The notes under the pieces: generated by a model | Told to the model about the DNA's origin: nothing | Database searches by the model: none | Seen by the model: only the letters and a program-made list of their open reading frames with translations | Shown: piece by piece, positions 12,398 to 24,872 of the stretch | Numbering within the stretch: position 1 is the stretch's first letter | How the letters are laid out: the number at the start of each line of letters is the position of its first letter | Assembly: GCF_963676685.1 (NCBI RefSeq) | Contig: NC_092344.1 | Coordinates: forward strand, 32,984,001-33,048,000 | Direction of reading: 5' to 3' | DNA from: Mytilus edulis | Lineage: Eukaryota | DNA: 64,000 bases | Made by a program: the position numbers and the translations under genes

Positions 12398-13431
12398 AGT
12401 TATCTTTGAGACTACATTAACACATATGTGGTAGTACAGCTAATGCCTCAAAATGGTTGTGGATCAATCAAAAGATCAGATTGTTACGAAAAAAACAAAC
12501 CTTTCCAAAGTCATGATCCTATGGCCCTTGTAAGTCTTGAATTTGTTTTTAGTTCATCTATATGTTTTGGATTTTAGTATGACATTTTTTTTCACTGAAC
12601 TGGTACACCTCTTCTTTACGGGCCAGCTGATACAAGCCTCCGGGTGTAGTATTTGCTCGCAGTGCTGAAGACAGATTGCTGGCCTTCGGGTGTTTTATGC
12701 TCTTTGGTCGAGTTGTTGTCTCTTTGACACATTCCTCATTTCAATTCTTAATTTTATGCGATGTAATTATTATCAAACGTGTGTTTGAAATAAACCACAC
12801 CTACTGACCGTGTATTACAGATACAGATACAACATATACTTTATTTTTTGCTAATCAAAGCACACACAAGGAGCAGAATAATCACAATGTATCATACAAT
12901 AAACAAATATAATATAATACATCACATCACATCACATCACATAAAAATATTACAATGGTTTTATTTCGATTTAATTTGGCCACATCTCATTGAATTTATT
13001 ATAAGTCTATTAGTAATTTTATTGGTAACAGAATTATTTTATAATTATTAGATTTTTAATAAATTTAAAATAATATATATATAATTTTGATGAAGTCCAA
13101 CCATTGATACTTTATTAATCCAGGAACTTGGAGCATGAAATCCTATAAGCTGATGATGCAACACTATTTTAAAATTATTTTTAAGATTAATTTCCTGGAG
13201 TCCCATCCAATATATAGCTTATTGTAGAATTATGGTATAAGTTTTTAACCAATGCTATTCATAGAGTTTATTTGAGATAAGATAAAACGCTTTAAAGGTG
13301 AAAATTAAAATCGAATGCATTGTAGAACGTCTTTTGTTAAACCATGTCTTCTTCATCCTGTGTGTTCTGATTTTTTTAAAGTTGGTATTTACAAAAGCAA
13401 TGATAATATGATACACCAAAACATAATCATG

Positions 13432-15300
13432 TTAATGGTATGAAAAGATTGTCATAGTTTTTCTATTATTAAACACCCACAAAAATCCACATTTATCAAT
13501 AGCGATAGGATTAGCTTCATTCAAAGTTCCATTTACCAAATTATACGGCAAGTTTCGCAGAAAAACACCATTTTCTGATAAAATATCGATTACACAATTG
13601 CAGCAGTCCGCTATTAAAACATGTCCGTAATTGTCAACAGTTAAACCTCGGAATTTTGCATTGGATCGTGTATATGTGTCAAGAATTATTCCATGCTTAT
13701 CGGTAATTACAATTGTATTATTGCAACATGCCAAAACAAGATTTGAATTCTTAGTTTCTGCTATCATATCTGTACTAGTAAAAATGTGTGTGTTCTTCAG
13801 TTTATTATTTTTATCCGTGATTTTAATTTTGTTTTGAACTCCTTCTAACTCGGATACTTCACAGAATACCTTTTCCTCTTGATTATACACAAGCAAATTC
13901 CCATTTTGCATAAAACAACCAACCAATCCGTTTTGAAACGGAACTTTGAACCCTTCTTGATATTTTTTGTTAACTCTCTTCATTGCAAACTGTCCATTCC
14001 AAAACAATAATTCATCTGCAGACTTTCTAAGCATTCTTCTGCAATTGGTTGGTGGCGTAAAAGTAGAACGCGATGTCCCTTTGGGATTATAGAGACTGAC
14101 AGATTTCTCCAAGCGTATCCACATATTGTCGTTATTAGCGACAACACTATCAATGATATTATCTGGAAGTTGAAAGCTATGTACCATTTCTACCTTTGTG
14201 AACAGTTCAGGAATAGGTAATGGTGTATATACAGGTGTTATTACATTTACCTCCGATTGAGTATTAACCTTTCCAAGCAATTTTTCTACAGTAGCTTCAG
14301 TGAATGCCTCACATTCGTATTTCAACTTATGCAAAGTCAAAGGATTCACAGTTTTGTTCAGGACTTTGTCGAGTTGACTACCGATGGCAAAAAAATCCGT
14401 CATGAACTGTTTATCTGCAGACCTATTAATGAAACCCTCCGACGTCTGGATGAGACCAGCTAATGACAATTGCTCTCTTTCTATCTCATCCAAATACGTG
14501 TCCATTACTTTAACATCTTTCTTTTTAATCTTATCGATTGTAGCAAAACTTTTGTTTGTCAATACATCAACGGTATTGCAAAATACTTCTTTCATGCTTG
14601 AAGTGTGTGCTTTGATGTCCCTTTTCACTATGTTAAGGTGTTTGTAATAGTTATTTTCTTCTTGTTTAACTAACTCTGCAGTGTTTCCAAGAACCGATAT
14701 TCTCGATTTCAAGCTTGCTGTTCTAGCCATGAGAATTTTCTTCCGAGTGTCAATCAACAGCGTCAGGTTCTGGATATCGTGCAAACCATGTGCTTTTTCT
14801 GAACACTCGCTACACAACAATAAATTACATGGTTTACAAAATACGGTCAACTCTTTTCTATGTTCCTCGCATTCGTTTATCGAATCTTTATCGTGTTTGC
14901 TCAATTGATCTTCTTTCAGGTTCTCAATCGAGTGATTCTGTGACGTTTTCAGTTTCTTGTGGTAGTCGCGACAGTTCGAGCATAAGTTTATCCTACAGTC
15001 TAGACATTTAGCTACAACAAAATTCTCTTCCGAACATAATTCGCATATGTCCGTTAGTTCATTGCCACTGTTAGATGGTTCAACGTTGAATGGATAAGAT
15101 TTAAAACCACTTACCCCATTTTCTGGTAGAGAAATGTGTGTCCTACATAACGGACAAGTCAAATAATTCTTACGAACGTCCAGTTTTTCCAGACACGGTG
15201 TGCAAAATGAATGGAAACAGTCCAAGAGCCGCGGTTCTGTGTACGGAGACAAACAAATCCCACATTTTGATTCAATATCAGAAAAGTTTCCATGCGCCAT
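13432..15300 (-). CDS. Tripartite-motif E3 ubiquitin ligase, TRIM56/TRIM2/3-like (RING, two B-boxes, coiled coil, NHL-like beta-propeller), 622 aa, single coding exon
   Basis: RING CGIC-x11-CFH-x2-C-x2-C-x10-CPLC; B-box1 CELC...CLDC...LCSNC...H; B-box2 CEEH...FCKPC...LCSEC...H.LH; C-terminal GLTVDNYGHVLIAD. The ORF track begins at TTG 15327, but the first ATG is 15300 and a splice acceptor (TTGTTAG, exon start 15330) precedes it. Confidence 0.92.
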   Translation of the reverse strand: MAHGNFSDIESKCGICLSPYTEPRLLDCFHSFCTPCLEKLDVRKNYLTCPLCRTHISLPENGVSGFKSYPFNVEPSNSGNELTDICELCSEENFVVAKCLDCRINLCSNCRDYHKKLKTSQNHSIENLKEDQLSKHDKDSINECEEHRKELTVFCKPCNLLLCSECSEKAHGLHDIQNLTLLIDTRKKILMARTASLKSRISVLGNTAELVKQEENNYYKHLNIVKRDIKAHTSSMKEVFCNTVDVLTNKSFATIDKIKKKDVKVMDTYLDEIEREQLSLAGLIQTSEGFINRSADKQFMTDFFAIGSQLDKVLNKTVNPLTLHKLKYECEAFTEATVEKLLGKVNTQSEVNVITPVYTPLPIPELFTKVEMVHSFQLPDNIIDSVVANNDNMWIRLEKSVSLYNPKGTSRSTFTPPTNCRRMLRKSADELLFWNGQFAMKRVNKKYQEGFKVPFQNGLVGCFMQNGNLLVYNQEEKVFCEVSELEGVQNKIKITDKNNKLKNTHIFTSTDMIAETKNSNLVLACCNNTIVITDKHGIILDTYTRSNAKFRGLTVDNYGHVLIADCCNCVIDILSENGVFLRNLPYNLVNGTLNEANPIAIDKCGFLWVFNNRKTMTIFSYH

Positions 15301-16689
15301 GCTGAATCTTTGTAGCTTGACAAACAAAACCTAACAAGGAAGTTTTAATATATCCAACTGATTGGGACAGATTAGGTGAACGTTCGTCTGTAACGCTCAC
15401 TGCTCACGACGTTCTTATTATAGACATTTAAACTGTGGGGTCACCAAAAGTTCTCAGGGCCTAAATAAAATAATTCGAAACTAATCAAGAACAACCTTTG
15501 TTTTTTTTTTTAATTTATATTGAATACTTAAACATTCTTTACTTTACGATATCGCAAAATCTTTCAGAAAAAATGACTTAACTGGCTTTAAAAAGTTAAA
15601 ATGCATGTGTTGAAAATTATCTTTTTTCGGACGTTAAGATTTAACAATTACAGTTTTCGAATTATGTCATCTTTCAACTTTTATCTGGTCTTAAATTTTA
15701 TTTCAGAACGAATGCATGTTCCACTTTCATTCGTTGTTAAAATACAAAACATATAGACAAAATATACTTCTGTCCTGTTTTTTCCTACTTGCAAGTTATT
15801 GGATAGTAAACAAGTTATTTGGATTAAGCCTTTTGAAACTTGCATTTACGTTATTGTATTGGCAAAACGTATAATTTGGTGTATATAGGAATCTTCAACT
15901 GTTCTGCTAATGACTATACTTGTAAAAAAAACCTTGGCCATCGAAACGTATTCAACTTATTATTTTTTAAATCGACCCAATTTGCATAGTAATAGACGAT
16001 TTCGTACATTTTATGATCGCAAATAAAATATATTTATAATACTCTGTGCATTGTAGTTCGTCTTTTCATTTTTGTCTTTTGTTAATAGATATTCTGTCTT
16101 TCTGTGAGTGATTATTTGTTATTGACTCCTTAAGTGTACTCGCAAATAATTTAAAACCAAGACTTGCATTATGAAATGTCTTTTTTTTAAACATCCAAAC
16201 ATCCATAGATAAGGACTAAAATTCGCCAGGTCGACGGTCCCTGGAAAGAATTTGTCTGATAGTCTATCATACCACATATTCTTATTTTTATTTGCAGTTT
16301 TATCTATAATAAAAATGTGAATTGAATTGTAAAAGAGACAACAACCCGACCAAACAGCAGAAAACAGCCCAAGGCAATACGTAGATCTTTCGTATCTAGG
16401 GAATTGTAATACACACACTTATTTCAGGTAAATAGTATGTAAGCCATACTCAAGTTATAGATATTGTCGTCAACTTTTGAAACCGGCTTTTATGTTTCTT
16501 TAAGGTACCGATCATTCATCTTTTTTTCTTTTGGGCCTCGACTTTCCCATGGGACAGACAATTTTGATTCAACTATTTTAAAAATATGCAATTTTTCAAA
16601 ATCATACACTGGCAGGCCAGCAGGAGTAGGTTCCGATCACCAGTAACTTGGAGCTTAAAGTTTCATTATTTGTCAAAATAAGTGATTCA

Positions 16690-16946
16690 TATTTAGATAT
16701 ATTGATGATCAACAATCCAAACTTTTCTGATTGGGTTCTATAAATATATCCTCCATATCTAAACATTATAGAGACAACAAACACGGCTATCTTCGCTTCA
16801 TTTTTAGAATGATACCTCAAACTTGGCATACGCGTTCATCTCAGAAGCTGAATCTATGACAAACGAGACGATTTTAATTTTAAAATTATCAATTTCACCC
16901 GCCGTAGTGGGAATATCCCATTTTCACCTGCATATGGGATACTTCA
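16690..16946 (+). mobile_element. Degenerate Penelope-like reverse transcriptase fragment
   Basis: FRYIDD at 16692-16709 and YDKRDDFNFKIINF...GNIPFSPAYG from 16855; contains stops and frameshifts. Confidence 0.8.
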
Positions 16947-19839
16947 ATGGAAATAAACTCATCATAGATTATGATACCAGGATTGAAATTATTTTGTATT
17001 TGTGCCAGACGCACGTTTCTTAAAACGTCAGCAGTGTCTGAGCAGAAAATTGATGAAGACCTTATTCATAAATAATTCATATCTTTTTGACGTGGTACTT
17101 ATTCATTCCGCCATTATTTTTTTGTCTTTTTTGTTGTGTTTTTTTTTAATTCTTATTGATAATTTACACTTATGTGCTTTGTTTATATGCCATTTAGTTT
17201 TTTTTGTTGACATAATTTTTATTTGTTTGATTAAATAGGGATTATAACACAATGCTGACTGCATATTTTTGACATTTTTATCTATTTTGTCTGTTTGTTT
17301 TCTTCACACGTTATTGTCAATATGATGGAATACAATGGAATTGTATGCGACTGTCATAAAAGTGAGAGGTTAACTAGCTATGAAACCTGCACCAAGTTAG
17401 AAATATGACTGTTGTTGTCTTCCATTCGTTCGGTGTTTGCTATTTGATAAGGGACTTTGCGATTTGAATGTTCCTTGGAGTTCGGAACTTTTGTTATGTT
17501 ACTTTTTAAAATATAGTTGTCTTAGAGACCCGACTGGTCCTTTGATTAGACTGAAACAGGTCCAAGAAATATGATTTGCAACTGGAATATTATAAAATAA
17601 TTCAATATTTGAACGCATGTGTTTGCGTAAGAACTGGGAATTAAACTTTATCTTTATAAGCTGGTGAATAATGTTTGTGTTATATTTTTCTTAATAAATA
17701 ATCAAGCAATCATATTTAGGAAAATACCTGAATAAATGAACTATTTTTGGATCTAAGGTAAATATATTTCATATGTGTTTGTGCTAAGCATCATAATTCA
17801 ATCTTTTTAAAACCTGTTGAACACGTTATTTGAAGTCCATTTACATTTCATCTTCATTTGAAAAAAAGATTAGATACTTATACTTAATTGCAAATCTCAA
17901 CTTACCAAATACGCTTTTTGATTAAACATTTTTAACATTTTTAACATTAGAGAAAAATATATCATCTTCCTTATAACCATAAACTAAGAATTTCAGTGCA
18001 GTTATGGTTAAATAAAAAGTCAACTGATGGTACGGTACAATATATCTTTATTAATATACAGTGAATGGATAAAATGAATGTACTTCGTCTACAAAAATTG
18101 TCAACAATTAATATCGTAGTTTGTAATTTCCACTTTTCCCCCAGTTATATAAACCACTTATGTACACTTTCAACCTGCAAATATAAGTAGTATGAAATAA
18201 CTTATGTAAAAAGATGTCCCAATCTGTACCACAATAAATTTGAGCTGCATGCATCGCTTATTTGCATGATGGGAGCCGAATTTTTGTGGATTTTTAATCA
18301 TGTGTTTAAAGTAATATCACTGCATTTAATTTTTTTTAGAAATCAGAAGCAAAACCTATTTGATGAGTCAGTTATTGGTCTGTTGTGGAAATTAATTTCT
18401 AGTTTTACCTATTACACCCTATTTTTATGCTTTCAATTTCAGATTTATTGTTGACAAACGATAATGTCTTCACAGAAAATGAATGACAGAGCAACACGAA
18501 GCCCACCATATATTAGGTGTGATCTTAAAGACCCCATCTTCGCTAGTCAATACTAACGACTCTGTCCCATCCTGGTTAGGAGTGAATCGGATCGTAGTCT
18601 TAGCTACAAATATGATCATATATGACCTGGGAGTGACAGATTCAGTACCAAAGAGTGGCACATGTCGTGAACGATAACCCTGACAACTTGAATAGTAGTA
18701 ATATGCATAATATGATACTAAACCCTTGACTGGATATATTGTGTTTGATTTTCATTTCATATGATAAGGATATAAACTTACTGTTTAATTAAGGGTTGGA
18801 GCTGGCATGTTAGGCATACCTGCTAGTAGTCCTTTGTCATTTTGCTTAGTTTCTTACCTATTCTTACATCGGGCTCGGAGACTTTTTTAAACTGAGTTTT
18901 ATTGTGCGTATTCTCGTGTGTTTGTTTTTTCTACATTGGCTAGGAGTATAGGGGAGGAAGAGCTGGAGCCCGCCTCCGAATGTGAATTTTGTAAGCTGTG
19001 TTAAAGACCCTTTGGTGGCCTTTGGCTGTTTTCTACTCTTTGGTTGAATTGTTATCTCTTTGACACATTACCCATTTCTATTTTCTATTTTATAATAAAC
19101 ACTATCTCACCTCGTCTTCAAAATTTGCCAATTTAAGGTATAACCCTAATTAACAGGCAATGTACACAAGAGTTATCTCACAATTTAAGTCATGTTGACG
19201 TATTTTCAGATTTTTGATAATTATTATTCTTGCAATTTAAAGTTTCTATACATCTATTACAGTTGACGCCCTTTGGGTTCCATGGGCTAAAAAGACAAGA
19301 CATATACGTGTTTCTCGTTTCTCGTTTTTTATACAGATTAGAACGTTGGTTTTCCCGTTTGAATGGTTTTACACTAGTAATTTTGGGGCCCTTTATAGCT
19401 TTTTGTTCGGTGTGAGCCAAGGCTCCGTGTTGAAGACCGTACATTGAACTATAATGGTTTACTTTTATAAATTGTTATTTGGATGGAGAGTTGTCTCATT
19501 GGCACTCACACCACATCTTCCTTTATCCAAGACTTCCCTTTGTACCCCCTTACCTGTGTTTTGCTAATTCCCTTCGAATGGAAGTCTCTCTAAAAAGGTG
19601 ATATATTTCTGATAAAAAACTTTTAAAACATCGACCATGTCAGTACGACTTACATGCATAAAACAACGTAATTAACGATTGCTTTGAGTTTCTGTTTCCG
19701 CGATAATAGTTTCTGTTTCAGTGGTAAGACATTTACTGAAAATACAATACACTACAATATCAAATGAAGTACAAAAGTGATTATTGTAAGATAAGGTCTC
19801 AAACCTAATTTGAAGGGAGACAGCGATAGGTAAATGTTA

Positions 19840-20252
19840 TGATGAGTTAAGCCTTTTTCAACTTATTTGTATAGTTCGTTCTTATGTTGTACTGTTATAC
19901 CACTGTCCCAGGTTAGGGGGAGGGTTGGGATCCCGCTAACATGTTTAACTCCGCCACATTATTTATGTACGTGCCTGTCCCAAGTTAGGAGCCTGTAATT
20001 CAGTGGTTGTCGTTTGTTTATGTGTTACATATTTGTTTTTCGTTCATTTTTTTTTATATAAATAAGGCCGTTAGTTTTCTGGTTTGAATTGTTTTACATT
20101 GTAATATCGGGGCCTTTTATAGCTGACTATGCGGTATAGGCTTTGCTCATTGTTGAAGGTCGTACGGTGACCTATAGTTATTGATGTCTGTGTCATTTTG
20201 GTCCCTTGTGGACAGTTGTCTTATTGGCAATCATACCACATCTTCTTTTTTA
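19840..20252 (+). repeat. Near full-length copy of interspersed repeat family A
   Basis: Colinear with 11660-12020 and 5140-5450; T-rich end. Confidence 0.8.
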
Positions 20253-20399
20253 TACATCCACATAATGTTTATTTATGTATTCAAAAGCTTAGAAAGAACC
20301 GGGTTTTTTTTGGTTTACATTGTTCGTACTATGAAAGGTGTCTTTTAATTCCTGTTGTCTTACTTAAAGTTTGATGGTCCCTTGCTTTCATTTGCAGAT

Positions 20400-21165
20400 C
20401 TAAAAAAACCAATACTAAAGCATTCCATTCTTCAATACTTCAAGACCATCGTGTTTTATTTGTTGATATGGAATATTTACCAACAAGGTATCGGTACCTT
20501 CTGATAAACTCTTTTAGAAAAAGGACTAGACGTTCATTAACGTACCCCTGGTTCATCAACAGCACATCAGCAGTGCAACTTTGAATACCGAATAAGTTGG
20601 GAAACTCATATCCCATATGCAGGTGAAATTGGTATGTTGCTACTGAGGTGGGGGGAAATTGATAATTTCAAAATGAAAAAAACTTCTCGTTTGTAATTTT
20701 TTCTGGTATTGAGATGAAAGCATATGTCAAATTCGAGGCATAAGTTTGAAAATGAGTGGAAAAGTGGTCTGTTGTTTCTTTAATTTCTTGTTCTGGGGAT
20801 ATATAAACGGAATCCAATCAGAACAGTTTGGATTATTAATGGAAGGAACATTATCAATATATCTGAATGTGAAATTAAACAACCTGGCTTCTTTGATCTT
20901 CTTATGTTTGACAAGTGTCTGCAGTAACTCCGACTCATTTGTAAATAAGAAGAGGTCTGTGTAGTATGTTTTACCTTTTTGTTCACTATAAACAAAATAT
21001 GTTGTATGGTATCCTCAAGTAATAAATTTAAAGCGTATGCTAGCAACTTTATGTTGAAAAGCATTGTGGATTATTTCTTTGGGACGATTTTTCAATTTCA
21101 CATAGGGAATGGTGGTATGAAAAAATCAAAAGTTTTGATAGAACATTTTCAGAAAAAGATCGAGA
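20400..21165 (-). mobile_element. Degenerate Penelope-like reverse transcriptase relic
   Basis: On the - strand across frameshifts: IKTFDF..TTIPY.KLKNR, FNFTFRYIDNV.SINNP, INFP.LSSNIPISPAYG..VSQLIRYSK. Confidence 0.8.
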
Positions 21166-21328
21166 TTTAAAATTGTACAGTTTATTGCTGTAAAATATTT
21201 ATCAATTTCAATCAATAGTACACAAATATTATAGAATAATAATTTTGTGTTACTATGATGTTAAAGACCATAACGACATTCATTGTGTTTAATGGTTGCA
21301 GTGTTATTTTCTTATATAAAAATGTTCC

Positions 21329-23976
21329 CTACCCTGTGTATATGTAGCAAGGAAAACCTTTTACTCCCAGCCCAGTCACTTTGAATACAGATCCTGTTAG
21401 TGGAAATTTTTCAGCATCTTCTTCAACACAACATGTAACGTATAACTCATCATTCTTTGTACCACCGAAACAACAAGATGTAATTCGCTTTGCAGGCATT
21501 TCAACTGTACTGATTTGTTTTCCTGAAGAAAAAAATGTATACTTAAATTTCGAATGATACAAATGTGTATGTTATACGTTCATACATTCTGCTCAAAACA
21601 CTAGTTCATATAATAAATAAATAAAAACTACCGAAATCTGTAAATCAATGTGAACAGAACTAACCGTGTAAGAAATCAACTTTGTCAGAATAGTGTTTAA
21701 TTTTATTCTCCACAACTTCTTTTCTTTTAAATTTTGAGTCAAAATTATCCACCCCTTTTGCTATTTAAACATACAAGTAATTCGCATATTTGATTTTGCC
21801 CCGATCAGAATGCTCCATGCTATCCTCAATTTCTTGTATACTAGTAATTAGTCATTTCTGACCTTGGATTTTCTCTTTATTGAAAGGAGTTAGTCTATGT
21901 GCTGAAAAGATCATTTCAATCTTAAAACAAGTCATCAAAAATATCAAACCTGTTTCAGGATCCATTCTCATCACCCTTCCACCAAAGAAACATGCTATCC
22001 ATAACATGCCATCAGTGTCGATTGTCATTCCGTCTGGAAATGGTGATCCGAATGGACCTTTTTCAAATTCAGCTATAGTTCTTTGCCTACCTACATTTTG
22101 AAATAGAATAATGTTTTACACATACTTTTAAAATAGGAATATAAACAACTTATTACTCGTCGTTTTTAATACCAAGGTTTCAACTTTGTATCACATAAGG
22201 ACTCCCACACCAATCAGAGTATTAATGGTGGTCTTATGATGATATATTATGCAAGATTTTTTTGTTTGCTTTTTCAAACATTCTAATTTGCAATTATTTT
22301 ATTTGCGACAACAACATTATTAAAGTTCCCTCAAAATTATGACATTTGTGAATCATAGATACGTACAGATTGTCCCGTTATCAATATCATAGTCAAATGC
22401 ATATACAACTCCTGGTACAGAGTCAATATAGTACATAGTCTTGTTGTCAGGTGACCATGCTATTCCGTTGGAAATAGTGATATTTTCAACGTGCTTTTTT
22501 ATTGTCCCATCCGTGTCTAGAGAATACAGAGATCCCTTTTCCTTTGGTATTAGAGCCAGATCTTTCCCGTTACCCATTGTGCCTAAAACAGAAATCTTCA
22601 AAATAAATTCTGTCAATTAAGAAATCATTGCGTGCATTATTTATTGCGTGTTTTGAAGAAGGATTATTTTTTGCAAAGCCAAGAAAACTTAATACAGTTA
22701 TATGTATACAATATGCGAGTTCTTGTTATTGCATTAAAAAAATCGTAATAATTTTTGAATTTATAGTATCATATTTAAAGAGAATGTTGTAACATTGAAA
22801 TGTTGATTTCAATCGAATACAATTATGTCGAGGATAAATGTTTACAGCAGAAGCCCACTATATAGTAGTATAAGATATAATGGACTTCTGTCTTTTTACA
22901 CATCATTCTGTGTTAATGCTAACTGTATTATATGTCTCTCCATTGGTGATCGAGGTAAGACTATTTCAAAATACAAAATCAAACGCTGAAAACCTAATAT
23001 ATAACAAAAAACTGTATTGCCAAAAACGATAAAAAGAAAGATCAGATCTTTTAACCAAGAAGAGACTTATTTAAAAATGTTTCCAAAGTTTTTAAAAACA
23101 GCAGACTATTTCATGTTATAAAAGCATATTATTTTGTAAACATTGCTCTTTACCAACCTGCCCATATCCTACCGCGCGGATCGCATTTGCCATCATTGAA
23201 TCTGTTGTCAAGTCCATCATCAACTTCATGCAATAGTGTAGTCTTCTCAATGTTCCAATCCAAATGTGTAAGAGTCTTTCCAAGACCAACAATAACACCC
23301 CCTTTCGTCCATGGAACAACGAATCCGACGGTGTTATCTCAAATAAAGTGAATAAAATTTATAGCGAGAAATTAATCATAGAGCTTCGTGGATTTCAAAC
23401 ACATGTGGAAAAAGTATGCAATAATACGTTTGATCCGCTCGTTTAAAGAAGAAAAAATAAGATTCCGACAAATTCACAGAAAATACTTCCTTATAATGAC
23501 ATTAACGGTACCAATCTTACTGCAACAGATGCACATTTTGACAACTCTTCAGTGATGCTGGATGCTTAATCGTGTGAAACCTAATACAAACGACGAAGAG
23601 CTAATAAACAAACGAAAAAAACAAAACAAAAGTAAAGCCAAACCCGGACTTGTAATCTTGAAATTATGACATATCAATTACATACAATTGGATTCTGCAC
23701 ATGTATTTCTAAATTGAAACATCACATGAATTTTCCTTACAGTGTACTAGTATATAAATCTTAATTTACATAATGTAAGGTAAGTAGTTAAACTATGAAA
23801 GAAATAAGTTAAATAGTACCTAAAACAATGTTCTGTTCAACACCAGTGACAGCGTTCCATCTATGTACACTATTAGCGCAGATGTCAACAAAAAATAAGC
23901 ATTGTGAATCTTCGTCCCAATGAGGTGCTTCACCTATTGTACTGCATGCATTTTTTCTAACTACTTCAATCGGCAT
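21329..23976 (-). CDS. RGN: Regucalcin/SMP-30 (gluconolactonase family) paralog A, 295 aa
   Basis: Exons 23976-23820, 23337-23158, 22582-22367, 22090-21950, 21522-21329 (157+180+216+141+194 = 888 nt). All introns are GT-AG, phase 1. Motifs [47 protein letters not shown]. Confidence 0.93.
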
Positions 23977-24344
23977 GGTCCTCAACTTTTACAACTTTAA
24001 AAAGACATTGAAGATTCAGTATACATACCAAACAACAATCAAACCTATATTTTAATGGAATCAGACCCATAACATGGGCGTTATTTGAAAATCAATTACT
24101 GTCGTGCGTTCTAATGGTCCCGTTTCTTACATCTTTTTCTGTTTTCAATTGTTGTTTTTGACATAATATATACGAAGTATGTGTTTAGTTATTATTTATT
24201 AGTTTGAATAATTGGTCCTCGTTTAAAAACTTTATAGCTAAAATATTTAACATTTCAGTTTTACACAAATCTTACTTTGTAAATTACTAAAATACTCGAT
24301 TTTGTATTTAAAATATTGCCTATCTTTTCTGGACGAGTTGTTTT

Positions 24345-24872
24345 CGGTATTCCTATGGGAACCAATGGTTCTCTTCGTTCTCACGGTACCATTTTGACTA
24401 CATCTGTATAAAGCAGATTTTTAAGGAAGAAGGATAGAACCTGTCACTAATCTTTAACTTTACGTTTACCATCAAGATTAAGATTTTTAGATATGGCGTC
24501 AAATCTCCCCTAACTTGGGATGTAACAAAACAACATAATAACAAACTATAAGAATCGGGTGAAAACAGCTTCTAACCTCATCAGATCAGGAGATATCACA
24601 GATGTTAGCGGATATTCTCCTAATATCGTTACTCCAATCCCGTCCCCTTTTCACGATTGCAACCTACATAATTTATACTTATTATCAGGTTTATACTAAA
24701 ATAAGCAACACGACAGGTGCCACATTGCCTTCCGGAACACCTGAGTTTTTGTTTGGGTTCGTCTTGTGTAGTCTATAGTTTCTATGTTGTATTTTATGTA
24801 CTTTGTTTGTTTTTTTAGCCATGGCGTTGTCAGTCTATTTTCGACTAATGAGTTTGAATGTCCCTCTGGTAT
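24345..24872 (+). mobile_element. Highly degraded Penelope-like fragments
   Basis: GIPMGTN (RT motif) at ~24346-24366. The 3' tail at 24640-24872 matches 1750-1918 plus 2810-2870. Confidence 0.6.

Noticed and set aside
13631-15011. Short + strand ORFs overlapping the TRIM gene
   Set aside because: Antisense shadow ORFs with no recognisable motifs.
15301-15327. TTG-initiated N-terminal extension of the TRIM protein
   Set aside because: Eukaryotic gene; the first ATG at 15300 is also conserved in the pseudogene copy.
18470-18690. GC-richer segment as an exon or ncRNA
   Set aside because: No convincing splice boundaries, protein motif or RNA family signature could be identified by eye.
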